Origin: Antechinus flavipes
Lineage: Eukaryota
NCBI RefSeq assembly: GCF_016432865.1
Contig: NC_067403.1
Location: forward strand, 256,246,001-256,310,000
DNA: 64,000 nt
Direction of reading: 5' to 3'
The stretch's first letter is position 1. Each line of letters begins with the position of its first letter. A program made the translations under genes and the position numbers. The notes below the pieces were generated by a model. It did not search any database, was not told the origin of the DNA, and saw only the letters and a list, made by a program, of their open reading frames with translations. Shown here piece by piece: positions 23,472 to 36,173 of the stretch.

Positions 23472-26400
23472 ATGGGTCCGGGCCTAAGTGTCTGAGCCCT
23501 AGAGTATCGTTGTGCAGGCAGCTCAGGCAAATAAGTTAGAAAGGCCGACGGCTGATTCTCTGGCGGACACCTCTGGTGAGGGGCCCAGGGCTGGCTCCCA
23601 AGCTCCCAGGCCTTTACTCCCACATCCCCCTCAACCCGGAAAAAATCCGGAGGTGAATGAGGGGATTAGGCCTTTAGAAGCAAAGGGGCCAGAACCTCCT
23701 CTGGAGGCTGAGCTAGGGGAGAAACACAAAACAGGAAGTGCGAGAGCTCCACCTACAGGCTGAGCCAGAGAAGAGACTAAAGATTACAAAGACCTGTTAC
23801 TTTCCCAATGGAGCTCAGAAAGAGCCTCCCCCGCGGGCCTTGGCAGGAAGCTTTGATAAAGGCAGCCTCGGAGGGGGAGGATGTGATTCCATGGGATTCT
23901 GATTGGGGCCTCCAGGCCTACCCAGGGGAGGATGACGGGGCCCCGAGGCCAGATGTATGGCCCAATCCCATTCCAAATGTTGAAGGAAGTGAAAGAAGCT
24001 TGTGTTAATTATGGCCCCAATGCTCCCTAGACCATACAGATGTTCCAGCTGATAGCAAGTACGCATGCCCTCACCCCGAGTGACTGGAAATCCGTGGCAT
24101 CTGCCTGTTTTACTCCTGGCCAATCAGTTTCACGGCTATCAGAATTTACTAAAGCAGCTCGGAAATATGCTGTGGCCAGTGTTCCTCAGGAGCCAGAAGA
24201 GTCTGTGCTTATAATGACCGGCACTGGCCGCTGTTCCACAACTCAGCCGTTCTACGATGTGACTTATTTCCACCGATTGCACACTGCGCTCCACAGGCTC
24301 GGAAGACAATAGATATAGAGGGGTTGGTACAGCAATATCTTACTTCAATAAAACAGGACCCCCGAGAACCTATTGCGTCCCGATTAAGAACAGCGGTTGA
24401 CAGAATTATAGAGGAAGGTGTCGCTTCTGACCTTCTTTTGAGAAACTCTTAAAAGAGGGAATGAATAAAGCGTGCAGCCGTAGAGTGCGTGGACTTCCTA
24501 AAGAAGCTCCTATCTCCGAAATCAGAGACAAATGCTATGAAGCAGATGATGAGGCTGTTAATGCAGAGGCACTGGCCTCAGCTATAACTCAAGGAATAAC
24601 ACGGGGAATAAGCAGGAGGGATGAAGGAAAGAAGTGTTACAGTTGTGGCAGGAAAGGACACGTCCAAGCCCAATGCCGTCCACGGCCACCAGGGGGCGGA
24701 AAGCCCGTTTGCTCTGTTTGTGGCAAGATAGGGCACATTGCTAAATTTTGCAAGGCCAAGATGAGAAATAATTTTGCAATCCAGGAAAACGGGAGCAGGG
24801 ACCTCAAATGCATAACCAGTAGATCAGGGACCTACTCAGAGAGGAACTACACGATTCAAAGAGAATTATCAAGCCCCGATGAGGAATATGGACAGCACTT
24901 GGTGAATGCAGTTGAGGGTTTTGATACTGCTCCATGGCCTACTGTACATGTTGAGATAACAACCCAAGGGTGGAGATAGATTAGTGATTGGACTCTCAGA
25001 CTATGCCCCTGGAATTGTACATACGATGATATTAAAACATATGAAACCATTTATCTTGGTCACCAATCCTCACCCATATCCTGGGAACTTAAAGGGAGAT
25101 CATCCAATTGCCAAAGCACTCCCATTATATCCCTTTGGTGAGGGGAATTTTATTCAGATTATGGGGAATAGAGAGATAAAGTGAAGAACTTACAAGAATG
25201 TATGAATTCTTTTTCTGTCTTTTATTTTCATTATTTCTGTGTTTCCCCTCTGACCTGTATAATATGTGCAGGCTCCTATCTACTTGAGCCTTGGCCGGCT
25301 AGAAACATATTTACTTAACCTGAGCTGATGACATTTATCGATATTTATTCTATTAGCTGGACCACTGTCTGCTTGATTAAGTCTGAAGGCCTGACTTTGT
25401 TTCCCAGAAATCAGGAGATTTCGGGGAAACAGAAACCTTCCATTCCAGTGTCCCCAAATAGCAACAACCAATTAGCTGCCTCCCCCTCCCCTTCTCAATG
25501 CTCCCTTACTTGGGATGTAATCTCTTGTATAAAAGCTATGTATCTTTCCTACTTCTTTAGCCCTCCTCCTGCGAGCTTTCGAGCTTTCTCTTTCTTATCT
25601 CGCGATGGGACGGTTCATCCTCCGGAGGTTTTCAATAAACAACTTTTCTGCCTTCTACGGAGTGATCTCTGAGTAATCATTTTGGGTAAGGGTCTTCTAC
25701 GTCCCTCACAAGATGATTGGACAAAAGGCCCATGTGTACTATGTATATAGAAAATAGGCCATTTCAAGGAATGATTGATACAGGGGCTGATAATATCCAT
25801 TATAACAAAACTTGATTGGCCTCCTGAACGGCCGCTACAAACCCAAAGAGTAACAGTTAATGGGGTGGGCGGCAGGCAGCACGCTTCCCAGTCTATTAAG
25901 AAATGTCATTGGAAATTTGAAGATCAGAAGGCTCTTTAGGCCTCTTGTCATCGCTGGATTTAGAACCTCCTTGTGGGGAAGAAACTCACTGAAAACCCTT
26001 CAGATAACACTAGACACTGAGGAAAACTAACGGGGCCAATGAGAAGGTGCCACCTTTAAGATGGAAACATGACCCTCCTGTATGGGTGGATCAGTGGCCC
26101 CTCCCAGATGAAAAACTCACTGCCTTGAGATCCCTCATTATGGAACAAAAAAAACTGGATCATACTGAGCCCTCCTTTAGTGCTTATAACTCGTCTGTTT
26201 TTGTCATTAGGAAAAAGAACAAAGCATGGCGCATGTTAATTTGAGAGCTGGGAACGCCGCCACGCAGCCCATGGTGCCCTACAACCAGGCCTCCCATCTC
26301 CTAACATGGTCCTATATCATATGGTGGTGATTGACCTAAAGGGTCGCTTCTGTTCTGTTCCTTTACATCCTACCGACAGGGAGAAGTTTGCCTTCTCTGT

Positions 26401-27820
26401 CCCAGCTGCTAGTTTACAAGCTCCTGCCACTAGGTGGCAGTGGAATTACCACAAGGGATGGCTAACAGTCCCACCCTCTGTCAGTGGTATGTAGAGTTCT
26501 TGCACCGTCAGAAGTCTACACCAGATGTTTCTATTCTCCACTACAGGGAGGCCATACCGGTGGCCACTAAGGAAGAGGCGAGGTTACAGCACGTTGTGCA
26601 ACACATCACCTTGTGGTGGCGCCACATAAGATACAGACTCAGCCTCCGGCACGTTCTTCAAGGCCTCCCTGTGTCCGAGGCACACCCTCAGGTGGACGAG
26701 GATGAATATAAAATTCTTCGTGACTTCCAACAGCTGGTGGGGACCTTACAGTGGCTGTGCTCCACCCCCCCATCCCCCCTTCTGTTATCCGCCCCTTTTA
26801 CGGCATCTGCCCTGACATCACCTCGCCCGAGGTCTGTACAATCCATTCCCCTGCTGGGCGCTTGTCCTGCCTCCAGAATCGATCCCTCACAGCCCCTGAT
26901 GCCGTCAGCATTTGTTGACAAGCCCTTTCTCCCCGCCCTGCACCACAGTGAGCCCCCATAGCATTGCACCCTGCCAGACCTTCACGCATCCTCACCAATT
27001 AGACCGAGGGGCTTGGTTCCCTCTTGGGCAATGTTGCCATCGGGCCGTACTTATTGCGGGGCCGCCCCCTCCATTGGCTCAGCAGGTGCCTGCTATTGCC
27101 CAGGATAATGTAATGTGGGCTGTCCTGCTACAGTTCTGCCCCCCAGGACCTCTGCGGACTTCTCAGCCACTTGGGCAGTTGTACAAAAGAGGAAGAGTAA
27201 GGGTCCCCGCTGGGTCTTTCCTCAGAGCCAGTGCAAGGCCCCGGTGTTTTCACCGATGCTCCCAAAGGTCACAGGGCCACAACATACGGGGAGGACACTC
27301 CAGACACATGTTCTTGACATCCCTATGGCTCCACACAGAAGAATGGGTTGTATGCCATCATGCACGCTGTGCAACGGTATCAATGGGCTATTCATATCAT
27401 CGGGGGCAGTCTTTATGTCTAGCAGCTACCACCTGCGTGCCTAGGTGACAGGCGCCCCACCATCACTGAGCTCCTCCTCAGGATGCACTGAACAGCACTG
27501 ACCAGCAGAGCCGCAGCCCTGCTCATCCTGCATGTCAGGTCTCACACTGACGCCGGTCCCGTGTTTGGGGGCAGTGGGGTAGCCGATGCCCTCCTTTTCC
27601 CTTGGTGTGGCCTCTGCTCTGATTCCGCTGCCCACGGGCACATGCTCTTTTCATTTATCTGCCATCATTGCAGAGGCTGCGTGGCATCTCTAAGGCAGAA
27701 GCTGCAGCTGTTGTTCGCCGCTGCACTACTTGTGCTCCTTCAGTCCTGCTCCTCGAAATACTGGGAGGAATCTTCTTTGCGAGTCCCCCAACGTCCCGCG
27801 GCAAATGGTCGCACTCTCAA
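23472..27820 (+). mobile_element. Decayed betaretrovirus-like (ERV2) gag-pro-pol, truncated within integrase; no env or 3' LTR seen
   Basis: CA-like YGPNAP and LTPSDWKSVASACFTPGQ (~24010-24125). Two CCHC knuckles CYSCGRKGHVQAQC and CSVCGKIGHIAKFC (~24635-24750). dUTPase-like remnant at ~24980-25130. Protease RPMCTMYIENRPFQGMIDTGAD (~25720-25790). [39 protein letters not shown]. RNaseH HVRSHT. Integrase zinc-domain CTTC (~27720-27735). Many stops and frameshifts. Confidence 0.9.
25137..25710 (+). mobile_element. Solo LTR of a different family nested in the ERV pro gene
   Basis: AT-richer block interrupting pro between the dUTPase remnant and protease. CCAAT at ~25469, TATAAAA at 25528-25534, AATAAA at 25634-25639, end ccctcaca at 25710. 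The 5' edge is uncertain (gtgaggg at 25138-25144 is complementary to the 3' end, or a start near 25181); no clear TSD. Confidence 0.7.
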
Positions 27821-28039
27821 TTCCTCGTGGCTGAAACCTTCCCAACTCCCATCCAGCCATCTCTGCTGCTGCCCCCAGCTGCCTCCCCTGTTGGGTGAAT
27901 GGCCATTGAGCTCTCGTGAGAAAATGAACATGAGGGCGGCTGAGCCTGGAGGGGAGAAGCTAAATCCCAGCCCTGCCTTGGCCCCAGCTGCTCTAGGTGG
28001 AGCGGAAGGTGTCAGATGCTCATGTGCAGGTAATCGTTT

Positions 28040-29700
28040 ATGAATGAGAACGAGAAAGCCTTTACTGGGTACAAAGCCCAGTGTGCTAAGCTCTGGGGAG
28101 ACGGAGAAAAGCCCTTCAGTCCCTGCTCTCATATTGCGGAGCCCAGGGAAGGCTTTGGCTGCTGATTGGCCAGGACCCAAGGTGCCGGGGTCACTGCCGG
28201 CATCTGGTCATTCAGTCTGTCGAATGTTTATTAAACATTTGGGAATAGAGGGAGGAGTCCCTGCCCTCAGGAAGCTCTCAGTCTAGAGGGGGACACCATA
28301 TACAAACAACTAGGTCGGATCCAAGACTTTGAGGGAATCAGCCTTGGACAGAAGGCACCAGTCAAGGAACTGGAAAGGATTCTTGCAGAAGCTGAGATTG
28401 GAAGAGAAAGTAGAAGGAAACAGGGGAGCCTGGAGGAGGGGGGGAGCAGGAGGAGTCTGCAGGAATGGAGGCCAATCAAGGGAAATGGGGAGATAAAGCA
28501 GCAAGAGGCCACTAACGTTGTCGCAAGAGTAAGATATCTGGAGAAGTCGGAGCCAGTCAGGAAGGTCCTGGAGGTGATCTGAAGCCACCAGACCCTACTG
28601 ATCAGGGAGAACAGGAGGAGGAAACCCCAGCGGAGGCCGGGACCATGGTTCAGGAGTAGGAGCTGAGAGCCTGCACTAAGGGGAGAGCAGAGCAGGGGCC
28701 GAGACACAGTGGGAGGGAATGTAGGGGAAAGGATGACGTCTGGGTGCATGAATTTCTTCTGTGTTTATAGGAATAGAGGAGGCCGATAGTGGGAGAAATA
28801 CAAGGCTGGGGTTTGGTTAGAGAAGAATGACCAGGCAGGGAGGCAAAGAACAGTCTAGAATTGAAATGGCTAATTATCATGCCAGGGTTGGGGGGGAGGG
28901 AGGCAAGTCTGCATAGGGTGATGACCTAAGAAAGTACTGAGGGAGAGAAGGGTCGAAGGGGGATCATTAAAGGCAAACAATAGTTTGGGGAGAATGAGGC
29001 AAAGGGAGGGTTGGAGTGATGGGATGCTCCAGTCAGGGCACGCCTGAGTTCTTAATTAGGGAAATGGAACACATGGACAAATAGTGAGCTCTAGGGAATG
29101 ACCCAGATAAAGGGCTGGAATGGAGCATCTACATCAAGAGTTGGGGAAGAAAGATGGTGGCAGGAACTTCTGGAGAAAGGAAGGAGAATGGCCACGACTT
29201 ACAGTGGGCAGAAAGTTTTGACCAAGTGGGTTTCAAAGGAGGTGAGGGTGCTGAGAGAGGTAAAGGGATGACTGTGGGGAGCAAAATGTTCTGAATGGAG
29301 CTCGGGTCAATTCATCAGCGACCTAGGAGCGGTACAGAGAGAGAGAGAAGGCCGGGGAGCCACATTGTTGGAGGCCTCGGGAGCCTCAGCAGAGCGGGAG
29401 GGACAGGAAGCTAGATTGCGAAGGGGAGAGAAGGGAGTGGGAGAGGAAGTTTAGCAACAAGGCTGACTGGAGGAGAGAATACAGGACAGCAGCTTGAGCA
29501 GAAGAGTTCCGGGCACCTTTGTAGGCTGTGGGGGGAGGTGCCAGTGACTTAAAAGAGAACAGAGGCCAGGGAGCCTGGAGAGGATGGGACTGAGGGTATA
29601 AGAAGGGAGGTTCACCTTGGCTAGGAGGAACCGGGAGAATGTCAAAGTTTCAAGGTGAAGGAGATTGCCCGCTACCACCCCCCACACTGAGGAAACTCCT
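28040..29700 (-). mobile_element. L2 LINE fragments (3' ends and ORF2 body)
   Basis: Reverse-strand L2 tails at ~28045-28130 and ~28205-28300 (gtccctgccctcagg). Purine-rich body; reverse complement near 28800 resembles the L2 KPQPW motif. Confidence 0.65.
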
Positions 29701-30344
29701 CAGACTGCATTCTGCCAGCCAGGTGCTTTTAAAAATAGTCGGCAAACAATCAACACACCAAGGCCTCGTGGTCTTAACACCCTTTTAGCAGTGATTTGAC
29801 TGTGAAGATCACAGTGTTCTCGTGAAAGCCTATCTCCATACCTGAGTGTCATTCAACCAAGTCAAAAGCATTTATTAAGCACCTGCTGCATGCAAGATAC
29901 AGAAAAGAAAATAATTCCTACTCACTGGGAGCTCACATTCTAACAGGAAAATCACAAATATATATCACCATCTACTAACCAGGTTAAAGGACACATCCTT
30001 TCTTTCTGGGAACACTGATAAGCTATTTTATTAGGGAGTGTACTTCATAGAGACGGTTGTTTCAGTGTTTACCGAGAAGCGTCCGTTTGTGTCAAACAAA
30101 ACTCATCGTTTGATGGATACACAATCAGTCGTATCCATACCAGCCAGGTAGATCATTAGTCATCTACACATGCTCATCCTGGGCAATGCAGGTATCCCAG
30201 GCCTCCCATGAGCTCTCCACATGGGGCTCCCCAAATTGGCTGGGCTCTCCATTAAGCTTGCTCTTTCCTCTCATTCTGAGGATGGTCCACCTTCCTGCAA
30301 GGACATTTTCCTCATTGCTTTCTTTTCTTTTGCTTCTTTATTAA

Positions 30345-30493
30345 GGTTGTTTGTTTTTTGCAAGGCAATTGGGGTTAAATGACTTGGCCAGGGCACACAT
30401 CGAGGAAGTGTTAAGTATCTAAAGTCCGATTTGAACATGGGTCCACCTGACTCCAGGTCCGGTGCTCTATCCATTGCGCCATTTAGCTGCCCT
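30345..30493 (-). mobile_element. tRNA-derived SINE (WSINE1-like), near full length
   Basis: Reverse complement gggcagctaaatggcgcaatggatagagcaccggacctggagtcagg...gttcaaatcgg...aagtcatttaaccccaattgccttgc plus A-rich tail. Confidence 0.85.
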
Positions 30494-31029
30494 CTGTTAA
30501 ATTGTGACAGCCAGACTGATCTTCTCACCCCTTCTCATAGCATCTTTTCTTTGCCCTCTGAGTCATCCTCAACTGGTGACCTGTTCTCTGACCTGAAGCC
30601 TTACTGCTTCCAACTGCTGACATCCTCAGTTGCAGGCCTTTCTTTGAGGAAAAAGCTCATCATCAAAAGTACTGCAGTGTTCCTGAGGCAATCCAGCTAG
30701 TCCTCCTTTCCCTGGTTAACCTTGGGTCCACCTCATTGTCCACTGGCAGTATTTGTTATCGACCTACGTTCTTATGTAGAAACTCCGTGTGTTGCCCATC
30801 CACCTATGGAATACAGCATGAACAACAGCGTTTTCCATTCACTCATCCACTTAGTGTTTCTTCTTGAGTTGTCAGGAGACTCTGAAACGATTGGGAGCTC
30901 GATGCAATCGGCACACCACCATCCACAAACACTGAAGGCCCTCACCTCTCATTGGGACTCTTGGGTTGAACCCCCTCCATGATGATGACAAACACATCTC
31001 CCTGTTTCCCGGCTCATCTGATACTAATA

Positions 31030-31330
31030 CTATCCTGATCTAAACAAATTATCTATTATTTCTTTAAGAAATCTTTTATTATTTTGGCAGATACATGAGA
31101 GACGTACTGGATGAGAATCCCTAAGGTGCTGTTTGCTTTGCCAATTCAAATGCCTTTTTAAAAGCAACATAAAAGCATAATGGGATCTTATATTCTGGAC
31201 GATTTTCAATCAATTCAGTATCTATAAAGATATGGTCTATTAAAGGCTATCACCTGCAAAAGTCTGCTTAGTCCTTTAGTAAAATGGACTTTAAAAGATG
31301 TAGGGGGACCGTGTGCTCAGAAAAGGTGAT
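31030..31330 (-). mobile_element. RTE-clade LINE reverse-transcriptase fragment (element may extend to ~32100)
   Basis: Minus-strand translation gives IDHIF, LIENRPEYKIPLC and FKKAF, matching the RTE RT motif DHIF...EYxIPLxLxFVDYKKAFD, with stops. Confidence 0.6.
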
Positions 31331-34300
31331 GGGCTGATCAGAGAGGAAGAAAGCTAAATGATACAAACTGAGTGTGCCCCGATCTCTACTCTATAAGAAG
31401 GTCTCCATTACATTGGGTGGCTTTTTGGCGGCAGATTCATTAAAGACAAACAAGAATTATCCTATTTGATGATCTGTGAGCCTTGCCCCGAGAGAGCTTT
31501 CATACATCAGTGAGATCACATGTTCATTGAATTTTCCGAGATGGCTTTTGAGGGAATGGTGACAATCACTTCTAATGATCTAGACTTCTTCTGTAGATTA
31601 GATTATCTGCCAAGCAAATCATTCACAGCAACAGCTGGGAACTTGAGGATAGCGGAGAGTTTAGCATACTCTAGGAGGAAATCAACAAGGGAAGATTAAA
31701 AAGAAGGGGCAGAACATGGAAAGTTCATGAGAAGTAATGAATCCTGAAGGTCTGTCCTGATAACCCAAAGTGGGGAAATGAACAAAGACCCTTTCTGGCT
31801 TTCCTGAGTGGGGGAAAAGGCAAAAGGGCAGCAAGTCAGAGAAAGCTGAACAGAAATCTTTGTGGGCATTCGCTCTGCACGAGCAGCTCCCTCTTTCCAG
31901 GCATCCGAACCACACCAGGTTTTTGACTGGTATAGACAGAGGGCTCGGGGTAGAAGCAGCAGCAGGTGTTCTCTTGCCTGGCCCGGATATATAACCGGGC
32001 CCCCAGGGAAGGGATACAATCTATCTGCACCAAATTGCAGAGAGATGTTGGGTCCAAGATGAATGCGGTAGACATTTTTGGACAGAAGACAACATGAGAA
32101 TGGTTTTCTGGATTATGGATATTAGCAATAAGGGTTTGGTGTTTCTTTTTAAATGGGAGTGGGAGGAAATTAAGTTAATTAAATAAATGGATCTAAAAAG
32201 AAAGAGAATGGCTATGAGAAATACTTTGGTTTTAAATCTCTGAGTTTCCCTTTACCATGAGCCTTTTACAGATTGAAGTTGAAAAGGCACAAATTTCCAA
32301 TAGATTTTATTGGACCCAAAGGTTCACTGTCTGGAATGACATTTGTCGATCTTTTGCCATTTCTGAAATTCTTCCCCACACAGTTCTGGAAATGACTTTC
32401 TGCTGAGATGCTAAGCAGAGAAAACTGGGGTGGGTAAAAATAGATGGGTTCGGGGGCTTGTTTTTAATCTGGTCAGCAACACAGACTGAAAGCCAAGCCT
32501 GTTACTAGTGCCCCCAGTGGGGAGCGGGAGCGTTGCAGCTGAGGGTGTGTGGGGCCAGCCTGAGGTCCTCCAAGGGGAAGAGGGGGGGGCCTCAGGCCAG
32601 TCTCCAGCTCAGGCTTTGCATCTGTCCGGTGATGGTCGAGTTCTCTAGCTGCCATCACCCCTCTTCCAGCAGGGACCCAAACTTGGCAGGGTCTTGTCCA
32701 CTTCAGAATTCTCATCCCCCTGAGGGGGAGGGGGGAGAAAGCATGGCGGGCTCTTTCATGCCTCAATTAACATTTGCCTCTCCCACCTGAAAGAAAGCCA
32801 AGACTGGTAAGAGGTGGAGCAAAAAGCATTGCTTGCCTTGACAGAATTCACCTCAATCAAAATTCAACCACATATCGCTTGCCTTTCTTTCAATCAAAAT
32901 CACTGCAGATGTGAACGAATTTCCCCCAAATCAAAGCTCAAGTGTTTGTCAGGCAATGAAATCTAATAGAACTAAATTAGAAACAGACAAGGAGCCGTGA
33001 AGTGTCTGACCCGAGACCTCTCTAGGAATACGGGGGATATTCCTAAAATTTCTTCCCAAAGCCATCTAGCGCAGCAGGACCCTCGCTGCAACTCAGGAGC
33101 CTGTGCAAGAGAGGCAGACCGCCCGTCCTAAACCGCCACCAAGAAGTCTCGCACACCGCCCTCCCGCAAGGCCCGTTTCATATTTGGGGACTCCGAGGCC
33201 ACGGGGTCTCCTGGGACGGGCGTTCTCACCCCCCACTACAGGTCAGAGCTCCCAGTCAGAGTGGTTGTGGCCCACTCCAGGATAAGGGAAACACGGTGTT
33301 GAGCCAGACCCGGGGCTAGGAGAGAAGAGAGCCCTTTCCTAGGGCTGGGGAGGCCACATCTTGGCTTTATTGACCCAGCTAAACTACCACAATCTTCCAA
33401 AAGTGCTAGAAACCCATCAAACCCATAGAGTCAACAGAGGCCTCAACGACTTCTAGAAATAAATCAGGCATCAGGCGCTATTTTGTGCCTCATTTCATTT
33501 TCGTTCGGTGCCTTTTGGCAGGGCTTTTGGATCACTGGTCACACTAATCAAGAACACGAGGGCCTAGGTATTCAGCTCCAGAATTCCAGAATGTCAGAGA
33601 AGGGAGCCTACTTTGGGGTCATGTGCTCCGAGCTTCTCATTCAGCAGAGAAAGAAACTGAAGTTTAGAGGAAGAAAAGTGACTTCCCCAAAGTCAAACAG
33701 CTAACGAGGAACAAAGCAAGGCCCCGAATCCAAGTCTGGCAACTCCAGGTTAGCTTTTCCTTCTTCTAAGTTCTAGGAAATTGTCTTGTACCAGTGGCTA
33801 GACCCAGCCCGAGGCTTAGTTCGCTTAATTAATGTGATGATGAATGTGAGGTAAATCTTAATGTTTAACCAAAATCAGCTAGAATTTAAAGGCCAATAGA
33901 TGAAATAATGAAGATAATTTTATATCATTCTGAGTATTATAGACTTAGAACTGGAAGGAACTTTTAGGGGCCATGAAGTCCAAAGCCCTCATTTAACAGA
34001 GAAGGAAACTGAGACCAGAGTTGGGATGTGCTCTGCCTGAGTTCACACAGATACAAGGTGAGAGAGGGAGGGTTTGAACTCAGATCTTCTGAATCCAAAG
34101 CCAGGGTTTTCCCACTATGCCATGATGCTTGTCCAGTCTATCTGCAAACAACCCGGGGCTGCCCAAGACCCTCCCAAAAGGGCAGGAAGCCACTGACACC
34201 AAACAGAATGGCCTTCACCATGCCTGTGCTCCTTTTCTATTGGGCCCACTGTCTTTCACTGTGCTCGCTTTCCCAAGTAACCTTGTAATTGTAACCTTTT

Positions 34301-35269
34301 GTATTTTACTTCTTTATTTTTACACAGCAGTGGGGTTAAGTGATTTGTACGGGTCACGTTTAAACTCAGTCTTCCTACTCCAGGGCCAGTGCTCTCTCCA
34401 CTTTATCCCCGAGTGCCCCTCTGTCCACTTGAAGGGCTGCCCAAGGAGCCAGGACGTGGCTGAGGTGAAGAAGTCTCGGATTAACTCGGTGTCACCAGGA
34501 CATACATGACAGCACGAGTCTGACAAGTCCTGTGCTCTTGGAGCAGGACAATGAGAGCTCGGGGTCCAATTCCCTCATTTCAGAGAGGAGGAAACGGAGG
34601 CCCAGGGCCTGAAAGGTCACACATCATCCCAAAAGCAAAACCAAGATTTGAACTCTGGACTCTGGACTAGAGATTCTCAACTGTCTCTCCAACAGATTCC
34701 ACTGCAAATGAATAATGTATTGGAATCTAGAGAGGGCTTTGGAAGGGGCAGATTAAGTGCTGGTAACTGAGGAAAGGCAATTTCCATTCCGACGATCCCA
34801 AGGACCAGAATCAAGGACAAGAATCCTCATCATTCCCACCTTGGGATAATGGTTCCAGCAGGGGGCAGCACCAAAGACCAAGGTGGCTACTTAAGGGAAC
34901 GCTGGTTGCACTTACAAGGCTTTGACCGGAAGCTCCTTTGCCCTTGTGTGGCCTTCCTTTGCTGGGGTTACTCTGCCGATCATTGGACAAATTGTAGGAT
35001 GCTGGATTAGGCAGTTGGTAAATCAGAAAAGCAAAGCTCCATACTCCCCGGGGCCAGGGAATCTCAGAATGCCGGGGCTGCCATCCCGGCAAGGCAGGGA
35101 TCTGTGGAAAGGAGGAAAATAGTGTCGTTGGCATTTGTGTTTTTGAATTCTTGCTAATTAATGTTCAGGGAGCTTTTGTCTATCTGGTAAGTGGTTTATG
35201 TCCACCTTCTCCTCGCACCGCAGGACTGGAGAGGCATTAGGGGACTGGGGTGTCCAGAAAGATGTGGAT

Positions 35270-35405
35270 AGGGAACAGTAGGCACAAAAATACCATCAAA
35301 AGGGAAAGAGAAAAAAGGCAAAAGGAACAAAAGGTTTTGCAAAAGTGTACGTGGAAAACCGTCTTTGCATGTTTGGAAAAATAAAAAGCTATTAAAAAAA
35401 AAAGG
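35270..35405 (+). mobile_element. LINE-1 extreme 3' fragment
   Basis: gtctttgcatgtttggaaaaataaaaagctattaaaaaaaaaa, an L1 3'UTR terminus. Confidence 0.6.
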
Positions 35406-36173
35406 CAAAAGGGACCAATGAACATCAATTGGCTGAAGTAACGGTGGGCGATGGGGACAATGATAGAACTGAGGAAGGGTGGCTTGGGACACAGGCCAGC
35501 TTTGGTTTGATAAGGCATGGAAGTACCGGGAGAAATCATCTTTTTGTCAGATGAGGTCATGGAAAAATGGACCATTATCATTTTTTGTAGTTGTTGTCGA
35601 AAGAAGAGGGGTGTGGAAAAGCAAAGGCTGGGGAAGGTCTGTTGGGACCCCTGATGGCTCTTGGGCCTGGCTAGGGATTTGTCTAAGCAGGCAGGTGCAC
35701 TGGCAATGTGGGGGAGAGGAGGAGTCCCAAAGGGTACCATTAGCTAGGGGGAGGCTTCCTAATCCTCACCTTGCAGTTCTTTTATCACTTCATTCTTTCT
35801 CCTTAAGCATGCTTAGAGACATACACCAGGCACCCAGTCTGCAATCCTCCACAAGGTTTCTTCATTCTCCATTCTTTGATTCTCTAGAATTTCCATCAGA
35901 ACCTGCCTTCTCCAGGCCTGCTCTCTCCGCCCCTCATTCTTCCCCTCGAAAGGCCTGGCAGATGGCATCTCCTTCCTTCTGTGTAGCCCCACTTTGGGGG
36001 CACCTGTCAATAATACTGAAACCCACTTTTCTGGGTCCCTTCTAGAGTCCCACACTTCCATCTTCTTCCCTTGCAAAGCCCCATCAAGTCCATTCTTTCT
36101 AAGTTCCCCCACCCCTAATGGCTCGATGCCTTCCTTCATGCCATTGGTTGCTTCAGCCACAATCTCTCTCCCT

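Noticed and set aside
22259-23623. 454-aa minus-strand ORF
   Set aside because: GC-rich and low in stop codons, no recognisable domain, and antisense to the putative ERV LTR/leader.
30090-30140. Two adjacent short hairpins (6-7 bp stems)
   Set aside because: Expected by chance; no RNA family features.
34916-35101. Candidate 186-nt phase-0 coding exon (IPALPGWQPR...) on the minus strand
   Set aside because: Good splice signals, but no upstream in-frame phase-0 donor could be linked. Kept only as a possible UTR exon under the frameshift finding.
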